A stretch of DNA of 64,000 nt from Parcubacteria group bacterium GW2011_GWA2_47_26 (GTDB lineage: Bacteria; Patescibacteriota; Patescibacteriia; GWA2-47-26). The notes under the pieces were generated by a model. The model did no database searches. It saw only the letters and a list, made by a program, of their open reading frames with translations, and had not been told where the DNA came from. Within the stretch, counting starts at the first letter, position 1. Each line of letters opens with the position of its first letter. Position numbers and translations under genes: made by a program. The stretch spans positions 40,714 to 104,713 of the forward strand of contig LCOG01000005.1 in NCBI GenBank assembly GCA_001001705.1, given 5' to 3'. Positions 48,768 to 57,490 of this stretch are shown here, piece by piece.

Positions 48768-49846
48768 TGAAACGGGCTCTTATTGCCGCGGGCGGACGGG
48801 GAACGCGTTTGCGCCCAATCACTCATACAATAAACAAGCACCTGATTCCTTTGGCTAACAAGCCCATGATTTTTCATGCCATTGAAAAGCTTGCAGATGC
48901 CGGCATAGATGAAATCATAATCAATACCAATCCAGGCGATACTGAACTCTCAAAGTTTGTAGGCGATGGCAGTCGGTGGAAAGTAAAAATAAAATATGTG
49001 GAACAGCAAGGCGGGGCATTGGGGGTTGCTCATGTGGTAAAAAATGCGGAGTCATATTTTCATGGCGAACCTTTTATTTACTTTTTGGGAGATAATATAG
49101 TTTTAGGCAGTCTCAAGCCGCTTGTAGAAAAATTTAGACACGAACACTTAGATGCCTGTTTTATTTTTGCAAAAGTCAGAGATCCGCAGCGCTTTGGCGT
49201 GCCGGAAATTCGCGACGGCAAATTGATTAGAATTATTGAAAAGCCGGAGAACCCGCCGACAGATTTTGCCCAAACCGGGGTATATCTTTACAGTTCAAAG
49301 ATTTTTGAGGCATTAAAAGACCTTAAGCCGTCGGCCCGCGGCGAGCTGGAGATTGCCGATGCCAATACAGCCATGATTGAGAAAGGGTTTAAGGTTGGGT
49401 GGGTGGAGACGGAGGGGTGGTGGAAAGATACGGGCAAGCCCGAAGATCTTTTGGAGGGCAACCAGTTTATCTTGGCTAATTTGCGTTTTGAAGACAATAA
49501 AAACCAGGCTCAAATTGGAAATCGTGTGATCGTCCAAGGGAAAATTCAAATTGGAAAAGGGACAGTGCTTGATGAAAATGTGCTTGTGCGGGGGCCGGTC
49601 ATTATCGGTGAAAATTGCATTATTAAAAATAGTTATATTGGGCCGTATACGGCGATAGGAAATGATGTGGAGATTTATAATACTGAAATAGAGAACTCAA
49701 TTGTTTTTGAAGCGGCAGATATAAATGCTTCAACGCGAATCGTGGATAGCATTATCGGTTATAACGCGACTATTACGCCGGCGCATGCCACTTTGCCCAT
49801 GGGGCACAAGCTCATTATTGGAGATCACACGGTGGTGGAGATATAG
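48767..49846 (+). CDS. Sugar-1-phosphate nucleotidylyltransferase (glucose-1-phosphate thymidylyltransferase-like, long form with C-terminal left-handed beta-helix)
   Basis: ALIAAGGRGTRLRPITHTINKHLIPLANKPMI (GxGTRLxPxT). C-terminal hexapeptide-like repeats. ATG at 48767. Confidence 0.8.
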   Translation: MKRALIAAGGRGTRLRPITHTINKHLIPLANKPMIFHAIEKLADAGIDEIIINTNPGDTELSKFVGDGSRWKVKIKYVEQQGGALGVAHVVKNAESYFHGEPFIYFLGDNIVLGSLKPLVEKFRHEHLDACFIFAKVRDPQRFGVPEIRDGKLIRIIEKPENPPTDFAQTGVYLYSSKIFEALKDLKPSARGELEIADANTAMIEKGFKVGWVETEGWWKDTGKPEDLLEGNQFILANLRFEDNKNQAQIGNRVIVQGKIQIGKGTVLDENVLVRGPVIIGENCIIKNSYIGPYTAIGNDVEIYNTEIENSIVFEAADINASTRIVDSIIGYNATITPAHATLPMGHKLIIGDHTVVEI

Positions 49847-49853
49847 AAGGGGG

Positions 49854-51191
49854 TTATTGTAGGTCAAGTTTCCACAGGCCGGTTTTATTTTCGCGGGCGC
49901 CTAGAATCAAAAGTTGCTTGCCATCCGTTGATAAGACGGTTTTTTTGATATTTTCAAAATTGGCGAGGTCCCAGGTATTTTGTTTATCACGCAAATCCAG
50001 CTCAATTGCTTGCATTTTATTTTTTAGGGTAAGCAGGATAACAGAGCCTTGGGGCAGGGGAGTAACCTCGCGTATTTCTTCAAGGAGGCGGATAATAAGT
50101 TTGGCCTCATTTTTTTGCGGATCATATTGCCAGACTTCGTGGGGCGAAAAAGTAAAGAGGGTTGATTTTTCGCCGCGTTGCCAAACCGCGTTAGTCCCCT
50201 CCAGTTCAGCGACAATAGCTTGTTTTGCCAGATCAATAAGCAGGATTTTACCCGCTTTAAGTTCGCGGAGAACCACGAAGCTGCCGTTAATGGCCAGAAA
50301 CCTATAGTCGCCGACTGACAATTCCACGGCGATGTTTGCCGGATCGTCGGGCAGGGTCGCTAATTTATAAACCCCGCCTTGCAGAGAGATAGTTAGAATT
50401 TTATGTCCCACCAAATCAAAGTCTTCAACGGCCTCGCTGATTTTGTTGACGTTATCAGAAATAAGGTCACTGCTCCAGAGTGTTTTTTGTGATAAGAGCA
50501 GAAGGCGTCCGTCTGGTCTAAATTTAATTTTATCTACTGCAGGTTTATCGGTGTTTTTAGCGGCGGTTGGCAAAGTCACTCCCGTCACGCGAGTTTCTTC
50601 GTCTTCAATGGCAGCTAAAGAATAATCTGCGGATTTAATCAATAAGCGCCGCGGGCGATTCTGAAATTGTTCTATTGTGGGCGCGCTGTTCAAAGCCCCG
50701 CGCCATAAGAGACTCGCTGTATTCAAAGACGGGTGCAACTGTTTTAATTCATAAAGAGTATCGGATGATTCAAGAGTAAAAACAGTATCGTCGTGGTCCA
50801 TGGCGTAAAAATCCGCAAGGTTTGCTTCAGCTAGAATTTGCGGTTGGGTATTTTTAAGTAGCAATATGTCAATTGCAAAAGTTGTTTTTTCACTTTCTAC
50901 TTCAAGGGTTTTGCCCCAGGAATGATAGCCGTCGCGCTCCAAGGCAATCTCATAGCTAGATGGCGTCAGGTTCAAAATGTAGGCTGGGGTGCGTTCTTTG
51001 CGGGACCTGTCGTTTAAAAATATTTTCGCGCCTTTGGGAGTGGATTCAATGATCATGAGGCCGGTTTTTACGAATTTTTTCTGTTTAAAGCTGTAGCGGT
51101 ATCCAGCGGTATAGCCGACGATAATCGGGACGGCAATAATAAAAAGCGCGACTAGAAAATAGAAAAAAAGACGACGTACGAGCAAAGGCAT
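49854..51191 (-). CDS. PEGA-domain membrane-anchored protein
   Basis: N-terminal TM FFYFLVALFIIAVPIIVGY. PEGA module GLMIIESTPKGAKIFLNDRSRKERTPAYILNLTPSSYEIALERDGYHSW. Confidence 0.7.
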   Translation of the reverse strand: MPLLVRRLFFYFLVALFIIAVPIIVGYTAGYRYSFKQKKFVKTGLMIIESTPKGAKIFLNDRSRKERTPAYILNLTPSSYEIALERDGYHSWGKTLEVESEKTTFAIDILLLKNTQPQILAEANLADFYAMDHDDTVFTLESSDTLYELKQLHPSLNTASLLWRGALNSAPTIEQFQNRPRRLLIKSADYSLAAIEDEETRVTGVTLPTAAKNTDKPAVDKIKFRPDGRLLLLSQKTLWSSDLISDNVNKISEAVEDFDLVGHKILTISLQGGVYKLATLPDDPANIAVELSVGDYRFLAINGSFVVLRELKAGKILLIDLAKQAIVAELEGTNAVWQRGEKSTLFTFSPHEVWQYDPQKNEAKLIIRLLEEIREVTPLPQGSVILLTLKNKMQAIELDLRDKQNTWDLANFENIKKTVLSTDGKQLLILGARENKTGLWKLDLQ

Positions 51192-51240
51192 ATATTATAT
51201 TATTGCTTTGGGGGTTACTTTATTGTATAGTAATCATACT

Positions 51241-52515
51241 ATGTCAAAGTTTGTTATACAAGGTGGACAGCGGCTTGGTGGAGAAATTAGGATTTCCGGG
51301 ATGAAAAATGCCGTAACCGCGCTTTTGACGGCAACGCTTTTGACGCGGGAGGAGTGCAGATTGGATAATGTACCGCGGATTGCGGATGTTGAAACAATGC
51401 TTACGATCATACGCAGTGCAGGCGCAAAAGCGCAATGGGTTTCCGATCACGAGGTTGCGGTTGAGGCGAAGGGCATTGATTCGTTAAAATTGAACAAACA
51501 CATGGTTTGTGCCATGCGGTCATCCGTGCTTCTGGCCGGGCCGCTTTTAGCGCGTACGGGCAGTCTTAATTTGCCTGAACCGGGTGGTTGTATAATTGGC
51601 AATCGTCCTTTAGATACGCATCTCGTAGCGTTTGAAGCAATGGGAGTTAAAATAGAGCGAAGCAATGGCGTTTATGAATTGCAAGGCAAGCCAAAAGCGG
51701 CGGAAATAGTCCTGCCGGAATTTTCTGTTACTGCTACAGAGAATGTCTTGATGGCGGCGGTGCTTGCGCCGGGCAAGACTGTAATCAAACTGGCCGCGGC
51801 TGAACCGCATGTGCAAGATCTCTGCAGTATGCTTAAGAAAATGGGAGCGCGTATTGCGGGCATGGGGACGCATACATTAGTTATAGAAGGCGCGCAGGAG
51901 CTGCGGGGCGTGAAACACACGGTAATTCCGGATCAGATAGAAGTCGGAACCTTTGCGGCGTTAGCAGGAGCGACCCATAGCTCGCTGACACTTTATCCTA
52001 TTGTTGCTGAACATTTAGATAGTGTATTTACCGCACTAAAGCGGGCAGGGGTTGGGTATGAATCAAGAATCAAGAATCAAGAATCAAGAATTAGCGAGTT
52101 GAAGATTTTTCCTTCTTCTAGTCTTTCGGGATTTAAAATCCAAGCTTTACCTTATCCCGGTTTTCCAACGGATTTGCAAGCGCCATTTGCGGTGCTTGCG
52201 ACACAGTGCAAAGGCACCAGCCTTATTCACGATCCTTTATTTGAGGGGCGCATGGGTTATGTGCATGAGCTGATTAAAATGGGGGCCAATGCCATTATCG
52301 CTGATCCGCATCGCGTAATTATCGCAGGGCCGACGTCACTCTCTGGCCAAGAAATTAAGAGTCTTGATCTGCGCGCGGGCGCCACGCTTGTGATTGCGGG
52401 ATTAGTTGCGGAGGGAGAAACAATATTGCATGATGCCGAGGTTATTGATCGAGGATATGAGAATTTGGAGGTGCGCTTAAAAGCAATTGGGGCGGAGATT
52501 AAAAGGGTAAATTAA
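51241..52515 (+). CDS. murA: UDP-N-acetylglucosamine 1-carboxyvinyltransferase
   Basis: MSKFVIQGGQRLGGEIRISGMKNAVTALLTATLL...PEPGGCIIGNRPLDTHL...PYPGFPTDLQAPF. Contains a 7-nt tandem repeat. Confidence 0.95.
   Translation: MSKFVIQGGQRLGGEIRISGMKNAVTALLTATLLTREECRLDNVPRIADVETMLTIIRSAGAKAQWVSDHEVAVEAKGIDSLKLNKHMVCAMRSSVLLAGPLLARTGSLNLPEPGGCIIGNRPLDTHLVAFEAMGVKIERSNGVYELQGKPKAAEIVLPEFSVTATENVLMAAVLAPGKTVIKLAAAEPHVQDLCSMLKKMGARIAGMGTHTLVIEGAQELRGVKHTVIPDQIEVGTFAALAGATHSSLTLYPIVAEHLDSVFTALKRAGVGYESRIKNQESRISELKIFPSSSLSGFKIQALPYPGFPTDLQAPFAVLATQCKGTSLIHDPLFEGRMGYVHELIKMGANAIIADPHRVIIAGPTSLSGQEIKSLDLRAGATLVIAGLVAEGETILHDAEVIDRGYENLEVRLKAIGAEIKRVN
52060..52092. repeat. Family-E heptamer tandem (AATCAAG x4) inside murA
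   Basis: GAATCAAGAATCAAGAATCAAGAATCAAGAATT encodes ESRIKNQESRI. Confidence 0.85.
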
Positions 52516-52525
52516 GTGTGAAGAA

Positions 52526-52550
52526 CGCAGGCTGAAGACCTGCGACTACA
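52526..52550. repeat. Family-H hairpin
   Basis: CGCAGGCTGAAGACCTGCGACTACA, between murA and the S41 protease gene. Confidence 0.6.
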
Positions 52551-52560
52551 ATCCTTAATT

Positions 52561-53802
52561 ATGTTTTATACCAAACCGCGCAAGCATAATTTTATTAAAC
52601 GTTTTGTCAGCATTTATCTATTTCTGACTGTTTTCGGTGTTGTTTTTCTTTCCGGTCTTTATGTTGGTTGGCGCGAGTCGGATACGCTTGCCGGAAATCA
52701 GCAAGGCCGGGTTTTGGAAAAAGATAAATTGCCGCCCTATCTTTTGCAAAATGTTGATTTTAGTTTATTCTGGGATGTTTGGAATTTAGTAAAAGAGAAA
52801 TCGCTACAACAGCCGATCCCAGATACCCAATTATTTTATGGAGCTGTGTCAGGCATTGTGGCCTCGCTAGGCGATCCTTACTCGGTATTTTTTGATCCGG
52901 AAATGACGCGTAAATTTATGGAGGAGTTGAATGGGCGTTTTGATGGCATTGGCGCCGAGATTGGAATTAAGAAGGACCAGCTTGTCATTGTCGCGCCGCT
53001 TCCGGAAACGCCTGCGGAGGGAGCGGGACTTAAAGCCGGAGATAAGATTCTCAAGATTGATGATAAGATTACGCTGGGCATGCCTATTGATGTGGCGGTT
53101 TCCAATATACGCGGTCAAAAAGGCACTACTGTAGTTTTGAAAATTTTGCGCAATGGCTGGCAGGAGGCGCGCGATTTTTCAATTGTCCGCGATGAGATCC
53201 ATGTGCAATCGGTAACTTCAAAAGAGCTTGAAAATGGTATTGGCTATATCCGTATAATTCATTTTAATGAATCAACGCAGGCGGCATTTGAAGAAGCCCT
53301 GAACGCGACGATCGCAAAAACTCCCAAAGGTATTATTTTGGATATGCGCAACAATCCCGGCGGGCTTTTAGAAGCCGCAGTGCGAGTTGCCGCAGAATGG
53401 ATAAATCCGCCGGGCACGGTAGTTATTCAGCGATCTCAAGATGGTCAACGCCAGGAATTCGCCGCTCAAGGTCAGGCGCGGTTGCGCGGAATCCCGACAG
53501 TCGTTTTGGTAAATCAAGGCACAGCCTCGGGCGCGGAGATTGTGGCTGGCGCGCTTCAAGATTACAAGCAAGCGACGGTTCTTGGCGAGAAAACATTTGG
53601 CAAAGGGTCGGTGCAGGATTTTGAACAGTTGCGCGGCGGATCAGCCTTAAAAATTACAATTGCGGAGTGGCTAACTCCCAACGGCCGCGCGATTAATAAC
53701 GAGGGTATTGCGCCGGATGTTGAAGTGAAAATGAAGCGGGAGGATTACGAAAAGGATAAAGATCCGCAATTGGATGAGGCTATTGACTTTTTGCGGAAAT
53801 AA
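52561..53802 (+). CDS. Carboxyl-terminal processing protease (S41 family, PDZ-containing)
   Basis: N-terminal TM. FDGIGAEIG. PDZ motif AGLKAGDKILKIDD. DMRNNPGGLLEAAV. NQGTASGAEIVAGALQD. Confidence 0.9.
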   Translation: MFYTKPRKHNFIKRFVSIYLFLTVFGVVFLSGLYVGWRESDTLAGNQQGRVLEKDKLPPYLLQNVDFSLFWDVWNLVKEKSLQQPIPDTQLFYGAVSGIVASLGDPYSVFFDPEMTRKFMEELNGRFDGIGAEIGIKKDQLVIVAPLPETPAEGAGLKAGDKILKIDDKITLGMPIDVAVSNIRGQKGTTVVLKILRNGWQEARDFSIVRDEIHVQSVTSKELENGIGYIRIIHFNESTQAAFEEALNATIAKTPKGIILDMRNNPGGLLEAAVRVAAEWINPPGTVVIQRSQDGQRQEFAAQGQARLRGIPTVVLVNQGTASGAEIVAGALQDYKQATVLGEKTFGKGSVQDFEQLRGGSALKITIAEWLTPNGRAINNEGIAPDVEVKMKREDYEKDKDPQLDEAIDFLRK

Positions 53803-53820
53803 TAGTAGAGTGAAAAAACT

Positions 53821-55197
53821 ATGTCACCTGAAAGGCGATCACCAGAGGGAAGTTTGCCACTATCCGAAACTCGTGCCGCAGAATTAGTAGAGAGTCCATC
53901 CGCAATGGATGACGCGGTGCGTTTTCATGACGCGGTTACCGAATGGCTTGATCTTTCCCGCGAGCTTGAACAAGAAACGCGACAGCCCAAAACAGAAACT
54001 AGTGAAGAAAAACCTGGACGTATTTGGGGATTAGAGCGCAGGGAGCCGAAACAAGCCGTGCCAAAGGCCACTCTTCAAGATAAAATAAACGCCATTTCCG
54101 TAGGCCAGGTGGGCGATCTTTTACCGCGCGCGACCGCAGAAAAAAGCAAGGTTAGAGATGAACGAATTTTGACGCTTGAAGCGCGGCTTGCCGAACTGGA
54201 TCGCGAAATCGCACGCTATAAAGACCGTCCGGATCTGCGTCCGGAAGTGCGCGCCGAATTTAAAAAAGAACGGCGTTTTCAACAAGTTGGCCGCGAGCTG
54301 GACAATTTGGAAACTTATGAAGACGAGCTTGATCGGCGCGAGTTTGAATTGTTGAAAACCCGCAAAGGAAAATTAGGCAGTACTGACCGGACAATACTCC
54401 AAAATTCAGCCGCGCTTCATGAAACAATTCAAAATCGCGTTACGGCTCTTGAAACCGGCCCGGAAACCGCTCTTGCCGCGCGTTTGCATGAGCTTGCCCG
54501 CTACCGCGACGGCCTTGTTCGCGATCGCTTTGCCGAAACCCCTTCGCGCAAAAAATACCTGGAAATGATTCGTCGGCTTTGGGAAGAAGGCAAGAATGTA
54601 TTTCTCACCGGCGCGACCGGCACTGGCAAAACCGAGCTTTTTATCTACCTTGCCAAGAAACTCTACGGCCAGCCACCGGAAATTATCCGCGGCTCGGAAC
54701 GCACCGGCGCGCCGGAGATATTCGGCAAAACACTGTTGCGCGCCACGCCCGAAGGCGGCACCGAAACCTATTTCCAACCCGGCCGCTACACAGCCGCGAT
54801 TGACGCCGGCAGACCGCTCATCTTTGACGAATTCAATCTGCTGGAGCCCAAAACCCGTTTTGAACTCAAGGAATTGTATAACCGCAAACCCGGCGATACA
54901 GTTACGGTGCAAGAAGACACTGGCAAACCGCACACAATACAAGAAGGTTTTGGATTTGGCGCCACTGCCAATATCAAAAGCGAAAAACACAAAGAGCGGT
55001 TTGAACTGGATCCGGCCGAATCCCGCGTGTTTGAAATGCGGCGCGTGCCTTATGTGCCCAAAGAAGAACTCTATGATCTCGTGCTTTCCAAACTCGGGGA
55101 TAAGCGCGGCGGTGTGCGCCTCCATATCCGCGACGCGCATCTGACGCTCCAGCATTTGGCCGAAGCCGCGGAAATGATCCAAGGCGCGCGCATTTAG
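53821..55197 (+). CDS. AAA+ ATPase (AAA_5/MoxR-McrB-like core) with a long N-terminal coiled-coil region; possibly frameshifted from a longer gene
   Basis: Walker A LTGATGTGKTE and Walker B RPLIFDEFNLL. The stop at 55195 follows a (GC)4 tract, and frame 0 stays open from here through the Nudix gene. Confidence 0.7.
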   Translation: MSPERRSPEGSLPLSETRAAELVESPSAMDDAVRFHDAVTEWLDLSRELEQETRQPKTETSEEKPGRIWGLERREPKQAVPKATLQDKINAISVGQVGDLLPRATAEKSKVRDERILTLEARLAELDREIARYKDRPDLRPEVRAEFKKERRFQQVGRELDNLETYEDELDRREFELLKTRKGKLGSTDRTILQNSAALHETIQNRVTALETGPETALAARLHELARYRDGLVRDRFAETPSRKKYLEMIRRLWEEGKNVFLTGATGTGKTELFIYLAKKLYGQPPEIIRGSERTGAPEIFGKTLLRATPEGGTETYFQPGRYTAAIDAGRPLIFDEFNLLEPKTRFELKELYNRKPGDTVTVQEDTGKPHTIQEGFGFGATANIKSEKHKERFELDPAESRVFEMRRVPYVPKEELYDLVLSKLGDKRGGVRLHIRDAHLTLQHLAEAAEMIQGARI

Positions 55198-55454
55198 GCA
55201 CGCAAACCGCGCTGTACGAAGAAGGCGCCGGCGCCAAGAAAAAGCATGCCACACTGGAGAAGGCCGTGCTGGATCAAGGCCGGGTTTTAGGGATGCTCCA
55301 AGGCTGGCCGGTGGCCGATGCCAAGGGACAGACCTTTCAAGAATACCTGAACGATCATTTGCGGGATTTTCTAAATCAAGAGGACTTTCCGGAAAAAGAT
55401 CGCAAGCTCTTGCTTAAAATTTTTATCACCAAAGGATTTTTTGCAGGAATTAAT

Positions 55455-55931
55455 ATGAAGTCGGATAATAAAAAAAGGCTGATGCACATAGAATTTTCTG
55501 CGGGCGGCATAGTTTATCGCAAGACGCCGCACGGGATAGAGATAGCTTTTCTTTTAGACCCGTATCGAAAGTGGACATTTGCCAAGGGGCATATTGAGCG
55601 CGGGGAAAATGTGCAGGCCGCGGCGGTGCGGGAAGTAAAAGAGGAAATGGGAATTCGCAAAATTCGCGTGGTGACTAAGTTGGGACGCATTGATTGGTGG
55701 TTTAGAGAACGCCGACAAGGAGCGCATTCTCCACGTGGCTCTTTAATCCATAAGTTTGCCTATTATTTTTTAATGGAAGTTCCGGATAGGACCCAGCTTC
55801 GGCCGCAAAAGAGCGAGTTGATTCGGGCAGTAACTTGGGTTCCCTTGGAACAGGCTTTGAAATTTTCAAGTTACAAAGATGTGCGGCCGGTTTTAAAAAG
55901 AGCGATTGACATTTTGCAAAGTAGAAGGTAG
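55455..55931 (+). CDS. Nudix hydrolase
   Basis: Perfect Nudix box GHIERGENVQAAAVREVKEEMGI. AGGAATTAAT-ATG start context. The track ORF (55266..55931) extends 63 codons upstream in the same frame. Confidence 0.85.
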   Translation: MKSDNKKRLMHIEFSAGGIVYRKTPHGIEIAFLLDPYRKWTFAKGHIERGENVQAAAVREVKEEMGIRKIRVVTKLGRIDWWFRERRQGAHSPRGSLIHKFAYYFLMEVPDRTQLRPQKSELIRAVTWVPLEQALKFSSYKDVRPVLKRAIDILQSRR

Positions 55932-55950
55932 ACTAGGTTGCGAGGAGGAG

Positions 55951-56181
55951 ATGATGACGCGAGATATCCGTGATGATAAGTGCCCGAATGGGGCGCCGTA
56001 CGACCTCGAGACCATGCTCTGCCGTTGTGGTGCAGGCCATCCCAACCCTGACTTTGAGGCGCACACGGAGGACGCTCGAGACCATTACACGGTAAAATGC
56101 GGCATTTGCGGACAATCGTTCAGCACCGGCGACCACTCGTGTTGCTGGAGGAGGGCACTGGACGGCACCAAGCCAACTTAG
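55951..56181 (+). CDS. Small Cys-rich (zinc-ribbon-like) protein
   Basis: 76 aa. KCPNG...CRCG...KCGICG...SCCW cysteine pattern. GAGGAGG SD. GC-rich. Confidence 0.5.
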   Translation: MMTRDIRDDKCPNGAPYDLETMLCRCGAGHPNPDFEAHTEDARDHYTVKCGICGQSFSTGDHSCCWRRALDGTKPT

Positions 56182-56268
56182 CACATTTATTTTATAGTAC
56201 TGTTGATGCACGTTGCCCTTTTTTCATGCAAGAGTAGGGCATCTTTTTTATTTCGTGATCCGTGGCAT

Positions 56269-56296
56269 TTGACAAACCTGCATTTTCGTGTAGTAT
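56269..56296 (+). promoter_or_regulatory. Sigma-70-like promoter upstream of the metallophosphoesterase gene
   Basis: TTGACA (56269-56274), a 16-nt spacer, then TAGTAT (56291-56296). Confidence 0.4.
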
Positions 56297-56332
56297 AGAG
56301 AGCTATCCTCTCATGAGGAGAAAGGAGTGGTG

Positions 56333-57169
56333 ATGATGATTTACTTTACCAGTGATCCCCACTACGGCTTTTCTTCGCAAGGGGATAGGGCTGTAGAAGC
56401 GCTTGCCGAATACGTGGCGAATCATGGGTCCGATGGGGATGTGCTTCTTCTCGGCGGTGATCTCGGAGGTGATGACAAGACATTGCAAGAATGTCTTGCG
56501 CTCTTTGAGCGATTCCCAGGCCACAAGTTTGCAGTGCCTGGCAATCACGATGTGTGGGTTGAGTCCGTGGAGACCTCGTTTGACCGCTACAGGCGCCTTT
56601 CCGAGATCTTTCGCGCCGCGGGGTTTCATCCGCTTCAGGAAGAACCCGCGGTCGTGGGTGGCGTGGGGTTCGCGGGCTGCATGGGCTGGTACGATTACTC
56701 GTTTCGCGACGAGGAGCTCAACATCCCGCTCCACTTCTACGAGACGAAGACCTATCCGGGAGAGATGGAGCCGCTCTGGAACGATGCCGGGTACGCGCGG
56801 TGGGGCCGAGATGACTGTATGGTCACCGAGTGGCAGGCCAAAAACCTTGCGCAACATCTCCGGAGTCTGCGAGATGTTCGCGAGGTGATCGTGCTGACCC
56901 ATCACGTTCCGACGAAAAACCTCCTTGTCTATCCGCGGGAGCTTGTGCCGCGGCGCTCGCGCTTCGCAAACGCGTTTTTGGGGAGCGAGCGATTCGCCGA
57001 GGTGATCATGGGTTATCCGTCGGTTCGTCTCGCGGTCTGTGGTCACATTCACATGGGAAGTACTGCCGATATCGATAAGACGCGATTTCTTTCTATCGGC
57101 AGTAGCTACGACCAAAAGGAACTGGTCGCCTACAATGGCAAGAACATCACACGGCAGACGTTTGGCTAA
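56333..57169 (+). CDS. Calcineurin-like metallophosphoesterase
   Basis: IYFTSDPHYG, LLLGGDLGGD, VPGNHD, LTHHVP and CGHIHMG motifs. AAGGAG SD. GC-rich (a long antisense ORF appears in the track). Confidence 0.85.
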   Translation: MMIYFTSDPHYGFSSQGDRAVEALAEYVANHGSDGDVLLLGGDLGGDDKTLQECLALFERFPGHKFAVPGNHDVWVESVETSFDRYRRLSEIFRAAGFHPLQEEPAVVGGVGFAGCMGWYDYSFRDEELNIPLHFYETKTYPGEMEPLWNDAGYARWGRDDCMVTEWQAKNLAQHLRSLRDVREVIVLTHHVPTKNLLVYPRELVPRRSRFANAFLGSERFAEVIMGYPSVRLAVCGHIHMGSTADIDKTRFLSIGSSYDQKELVAYNGKNITRQTFG

Positions 57170-57259
57170 GGGGAACGAGTATCTGGGCGCCAGCAATGGT
57201 GCCTTTACTTTTTTTAAAACCAATGATAGGCTATCTTAACAAATCATTTTTTTAGCATT

Positions 57260-57481
57260 ATGAAAACCGGAGAATTTCATGAATCACTTCTCGAAAATCT
57301 CAAACAACAACTAGAGGATGAAACCACCTCACTTCTTCGTATTAAAGATGCTGCGCAGGAAGCGCTCGCGCTTACCGAGGCATATGGGGAAGCAGTTTCA
57401 GATGAAGCGCTTCAAGCGTTTGCGCGAAAGCATCCTGAATGTGCTACGGCTCTTCAGGGGCAAAGTAGAGAGACTAAATAG
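57260..57481 (+). CDS. Small acidic helical protein, unknown function
   Basis: 73 aa, directly upstream of (10 nt from) the Fic gene. No canonical (S/T)xxxE(G/N) anti-Fic motif found. Confidence 0.4.
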   Translation: MKTGEFHESLLENLKQQLEDETTSLLRIKDAAQEALALTEAYGEAVSDEALQAFARKHPECATALQGQSRETK

Positions 57482-57490
57482 TTTATTGCC

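Noticed and set aside
54406-57239. Long antisense ORFs 54406..55254(-) (282 aa) and 56303..57223(-) (306 aa), plus several + strand alternative-frame ORFs.
   Set aside because: The + strand frames carry unambiguous Walker A/B, Nudix-box and metallophosphoesterase motifs. The antisense ORFs are by-products of locally elevated GC.
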